Shown: positions 60,481 to 64,000 of the stretch, one piece after another
Layout: each line of letters starts with the position of its first letter
How positions within the stretch are numbered: the stretch's first letter is position 1
DNA from: a bacterium
Lineage (GTDB): Bacteria > SAR324 > NAC60-12
NCBI GenBank assembly: GCA_965233585.1
Contig: CBDDTI010000295.1
Location: 64,001 to 128,000, forward strand
DNA: 64,000 nt
Direction of reading: 5' to 3'
Made by a program: the position numbers and the translations under genes
Notes under the pieces: generated by a model
Seen by the model: only the letters and a program-made list of their open reading frames with translations
Told to the model about the DNA's origin: nothing
Databases searched by the model: none

Positions 60481-61923
60481 TCAGCTTAATAAGGAAAGCA
60501 CCATCTGGTCTTTGGCGTTTGCCTGTGCCAGCATGGCGGTTGCTGATTGCATCATAATCTGATTCTTGGTGAAGGCTGTCATCTCTTCTGCCATGTCTGT
60601 ATCGCGGATCACAGACTCTGCTGAAACCAAGTTTTCATTTGCCACACGCAAGTTGTTGAGATTACTTTGCAAGGTATTCTTTTGGAATGCCCCGAGCTTT
60701 CCACGTTCTATGGTCGTTTCTTCTATCGCTTGGTCTATGATATTCAAGGAATCCTGTGCAGAACGAAAGGACGTCACATCTACTTCTTCCAAAGATTTGA
60801 TGTCACTGACGTTCTCCAGTCCTTTCCCCAATGCAGAAGGCGCCATGTTTCTTAAAGACACCGCAATCGTTTGACCTTCATTTGCTCCGATTTGAAATTG
60901 CAATGAGTTCTGAAACACTGACACAGTCCCTGCAACTTGAGATTGCCCCTCTGGAATAGCTGCTCCATTGTAACGAACAGCAAGCCCTGCAATGTTGGGT
61001 GCATTGTCTTTGCCTGTTAAAACTTGCCCACGACCGACGGCATCTTCCCCGTTGATTGTTCCTTTGACGTCTGCTCCTCTCTCGGCTTCCTGCGTGACAT
61101 TACCGACGGTGGACAAAACACCATTTGTCTCTGATGCCACTGAAAAAGAATGCTCGCTTCCGTATTCTTGATGCGTCAATGTGACACTTCCATTGTCATT
61201 CTTAGAGACGTCTATCTTCAGTCCTGCAGCTGCAATTTTAGACTTCAGTTCATTGATGTTACTGTCCAGATTCTCTCCTGCAATGGTTGTGAAGGAGACA
61301 GTTTTACCACCTTCACTGACAGTGAGAGTTTCCCCATCATCTATCAGCTGTTGAGTCAAAGCCACACTACCTGTGATGGACGTTTTAGTGGCAACTTGAG
61401 AGATGTCAACATCATAGCCTTCCACAGGCGATGTATTGGTGTTGGGTCCTGCAGAGACAAACTGCAGACCTTCTCCATTGGCAACTCCGTTTGCACCACG
61501 ACTGCCGTTGAGCAGTAGCTTCGTTCCAAACTGAGTGTTTTGGGCAATTCTTTCAATGGTAGCAAGGGCATTGTCTATCTCTGCTTGGTCTGCCTCCAGC
61601 ATTTTTTCATCGTTCACACCTGTATTGCTGGCATGAATGGCAAGCTGACGAACATCTACAAGCAACTTATTCACTTCTTGCAATGCTCCTTCTGCCGTTT
61701 GCACCATAGAAATCCCACTTTCCGAGTTGTCTATCGCTTGCTCAAGTCCCGCAATCTGCGCCCGCATTTGCTCTGAAATCACAAGCGATGCAGGACCATC
61801 TGCGGCACGATTGATCTTCTCCCCAGATGAAAGTTTTTCTAGGGTTTTGGCTGAATTAAATGCAGCGATCCCTAATTGACGCTGCGTGTTGATGGCACTA
61901 ATATTGTGTTTGATTCTAAACAT
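60481..61923 (-). CDS. Flagellin, near-identical group copy 2
   Basis: Same length as copy 1 and highly similar. Confidence 0.95.
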   Translation of the reverse strand: MFRIKHNISAINTQRQLGIAAFNSAKTLEKLSSGEKINRAADGPASLVISEQMRAQIAGLEQAIDNSESGISMVQTAEGALQEVNKLLVDVRQLAIHASNTGVNDEKMLEADQAEIDNALATIERIAQNTQFGTKLLLNGSRGANGVANGEGLQFVSAGPNTNTSPVEGYDVDISQVATKTSITGSVALTQQLIDDGETLTVSEGGKTVSFTTIAGENLDSNINELKSKIAAAGLKIDVSKNDNGSVTLTHQEYGSEHSFSVASETNGVLSTVGNVTQEAERGADVKGTINGEDAVGRGQVLTGKDNAPNIAGLAVRYNGAAIPEGQSQVAGTVSVFQNSLQFQIGANEGQTIAVSLRNMAPSALGKGLENVSDIKSLEEVDVTSFRSAQDSLNIIDQAIEETTIERGKLGAFQKNTLQSNLNNLRVANENLVSAESVIRDTDMAEEMTAFTKNQIMMQSATAMLAQANAKDQMVLSLLS

Positions 61924-61926
61924 CAT

Positions 61927-61962
61927 AACCTCCTTGGTTGATTAAAATGCGTTCCATCGCAT
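61927..61962 (-). promoter_or_regulatory. Putative CsrA-binding hairpins in the flagellin 5' UTR
   Basis: ATGCG-ATGGAA-CGCAT (compensatory change versus copy 1) plus AACC-AAGGA-GGTT. Confidence 0.75.
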
Positions 61963-62008
61963 AAAAAGCCCCCGATACATTCAAAGGCACTTAAAAAAAT
62001 TGTGAATT

Positions 62009-62690
62009 GTCAAATCCATTTATCCGTTGTCAAAAGACACTTCTCCCTGAATCTCTCATCAAAACATCAGAGACTCCTAAAAACTACAGTTCGCTCTCCA
62101 ATCCTTTCCAGAGACAAAGAAAAAGAAGCTCAAAAACAAAAATCCTAAAAAGCTCTTTGCGTTCTTATGACTTTTGTCAAATCCATTTATCCGTTGTCAA
62201 AAGACACTTCTCCCTGAATCTCTCATCAAAACATCAGAGACTCTTAAAGCTGGAGACTCCTAAAAAATGCTCCTCCCCTTTCCAGTCCTATACAGATTGA
62301 AATAAGAAGAAGAAACTCAAAAAAACCTTGCGTTCTTATGACTTTTGTCAAATCCATTTGACCGTTGTCAAAAGACACTTCTCCCTGAATCTCTCATCAA
62401 AACATCAGAGACTCTTGAGACTACTCTTAAAAAATGCTCCTCCTCCTCTCCAATCCTTTCCAGAGACAAAGAAAAAGAAGCTCAAAAAAACCTTGCGTTC
62501 TTACGACTTTTGTCAAATCTATTTATCCGTTGTCAAAAGACACTTCTCCCTGAATCTCTCATCAAAACATCACAGACTCTTAAAGCTGGAGACTCCTAAA
62601 AAATGCTCCTCCCTCCTCTCCAATCCTTTCCAGAGACAAAGAAAAAGAAGCTCAAAAACAAAAATCCCGAAAAGTTGATTGCGTTTGATT
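62009..62690. repeat. Intergenic tandem array, 4 x ~165-171 bp, same family as 59751-60432
   Basis: Units start at 62009, 62176, 62347 and 62512. Confidence 0.95.
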
Positions 62691-62739
62691 TTTTCAGGAT
62701 CAAACGACAACCTTCCGTCTGATGCAAATTTAAAATCTA

Positions 62740-64000
62740 TTAACTCAATAAGGAAAGCACCATCTGGTCTTTGGCGTTTGCCTGTGCCAGCATCGCAGTT
62801 GCAGATTGCATCATAATCTGATTTTTGGTGAAGGCTGTCATCTCTTCTGCCATGTCTGTATCACGAATCACAGACTCTGCTGAAGTTAAGTTTTCACTAG
62901 AAACCCTAAGGTTGTTCAGGTTGCTTTGTAATGTGTTTTTCTGGAATGCCCCAAGTTTCCCTCGTTCCATAGTCGTTTCTTCTATCGCTTGGTCTATGAT
63001 ATTCAAGGAATCCTGTGCAGACCGAAAGGACGTCACATCTACCTCTTCTAGGGATTTGATGTCACTGACGTTCTCTATTCCTTTTCCCAGTGCAGAAGGC
63101 GCCATGTTTCTTAAAGACACGGCGATTGTTTGACCTTCATTTGCACCAATTTGGAATTGCAATGAGTTCTGAAACACTGACACAGTCCCTGCATTTTTGG
63201 TCTGTCCTTCTGGAATGGCAGCTCCATTGTAACGAACAGCAAGCCCTGCGATGTTGGGTGCATTGTCTTTGCCTGTTAAAATCTGCCCACGACCGACGGC
63301 ATCTTCTCCGTTGATTGTGCCTTTGACGTCTGCACCCCGTTCTGCTTCTTCTGTCACATTACCTACGGTGGACAACACACCTGCTGTCTCTGATGCCACT
63401 GAAAAAGAATGCTCGCTTCCGTATTCTTGATGCGTCAGTGTAATCGCACCAAGGTCTGTTCTGGAGACATCTATCTTCAGACCTGCGGCGGCAATTTTAG
63501 ACTTCAGCTCATTGATGTTGCTGTCCAGATTCTCTCCTTTGAGAGTGGTGAACGAAACGGTTTTGCCCCCTTCGCTGACAGTGAGAGTTTCCCCATCATC
63601 TATCAGTTGTTGAGTCAAAGCCACACTGCCTGTGGTGGTCGTTTTAGTGGAAACTTGAGAGATGTCCACATCATAGCCTTCCACAGGCGATGAGTTCGTT
63701 GTTGGTCCTGCAGAGACAAATTGTAAGCCCTCTCCATTCGCCACGCCGTTTGCACCACGACTGCCATTGAGCAGTAGCTTTGTTCCAAACTGGGTGTTTT
63801 GGGCAATTCTTTCAATGGTGGCAAGTGCGTTGTCTATCTCTGCTTGGTCTGCCTCAAGCATCTTTTCATCGTTCACACCTGCGTTGCTGGCATGAATCGC
63901 TAACTGGCGAACATCTACAAGTAATCTGTTGACTTCTTGCAAGGCGCCTTCTGCTGTTTGCACCATGGAAATCCCACTTTCAGAGTTGTCTATCGCTTGC
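62740..64000 (-). CDS. Flagellin, near-identical group copy 3 (N-terminus beyond the window)
   Basis: Frame continues QAIDNSESGISMVQTAEG at the window edge. Confidence 0.95.
   Translation of the reverse strand, partial: QAIDNSESGISMVQTAEGALQEVNRLLVDVRQLAIHASNAGVNDEKMLEADQAEIDNALATIERIAQNTQFGTKLLLNGSRGANGVANGEGLQFVSAGPTTNSSPVEGYDVDISQVSTKTTTTGSVALTQQLIDDGETLTVSEGGKTVSFTTLKGENLDSNINELKSKIAAAGLKIDVSRTDLGAITLTHQEYGSEHSFSVASETAGVLSTVGNVTEEAERGADVKGTINGEDAVGRGQILTGKDNAPNIAGLAVRYNGAAIPEGQTKNAGTVSVFQNSLQFQIGANEGQTIAVSLRNMAPSALGKGIENVSDIKSLEEVDVTSFRSAQDSLNIIDQAIEETTMERGKLGAFQKNTLQSNLNNLRVSSENLTSAESVIRDTDMAEEMTAFTKNQIMMQSATAMLAQANAKDQMVLSLLS

Noticed and set aside
60260..62678. Short plus-strand ORFs inside the repeat arrays (60260-60562, 62007-62300, 62328-62678, 62345-62599)
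   Set aside because: TTG starts without an RBS, frames shift between units, and they are antisense to the locus
59751..62690. CRISPR array interpretation of the flagellin intergenic repeats
   Set aside because: Whole ~170 bp units are homologous, there are no unique spacers, and no cas genes are in the window

Overview
Bacterial chromosomal window, about 40% GC. It is probably from a Gram-negative deltaproteobacterial-grade lineage, but that is a weak inference from gene content. Housekeeping genes (RNase II/R fragment, polA, argG, rpoB, rpoC, metG, cysM, queC, ftsQ, murB, rsfS, phoU, putA) sit in shuffled synteny: rpoBC lacks its usual ribosomal-protein neighbours and murB-ftsQ lacks the rest of the dcw cluster. 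Four accessory regions stand out. (1) A 12.5 kb tandem array of five fibronectin-type-III (FN3) lipoprotein paralogs with a constant N-terminus, variable module number and hypervariable tips; each is followed by a double palindrome and four share a duplicated promoter. (2) A lipoprotein gene with 17 in-frame ATCCGCA heptamers, a candidate phase-variable locus separated from its likely promoter by an IS1-family element. (3) A tandem-duplicated Rpn (PD-(D/E)XK) nuclease pair beside a putative RelE-like toxin-antitoxin pair and a relic of the toxin gene. (4) At least five tandem flagellins whose 5' UTRs carry covarying CsrA-type ANGGA hairpins; two intergenic regions are each filled by four ~170 bp repeats strongly enriched for GGA on the mRNA strand, a candidate CsrA-sponge/regulatory array. 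No rRNA, tRNA, CRISPR, integrase or reverse transcriptase was recognised.
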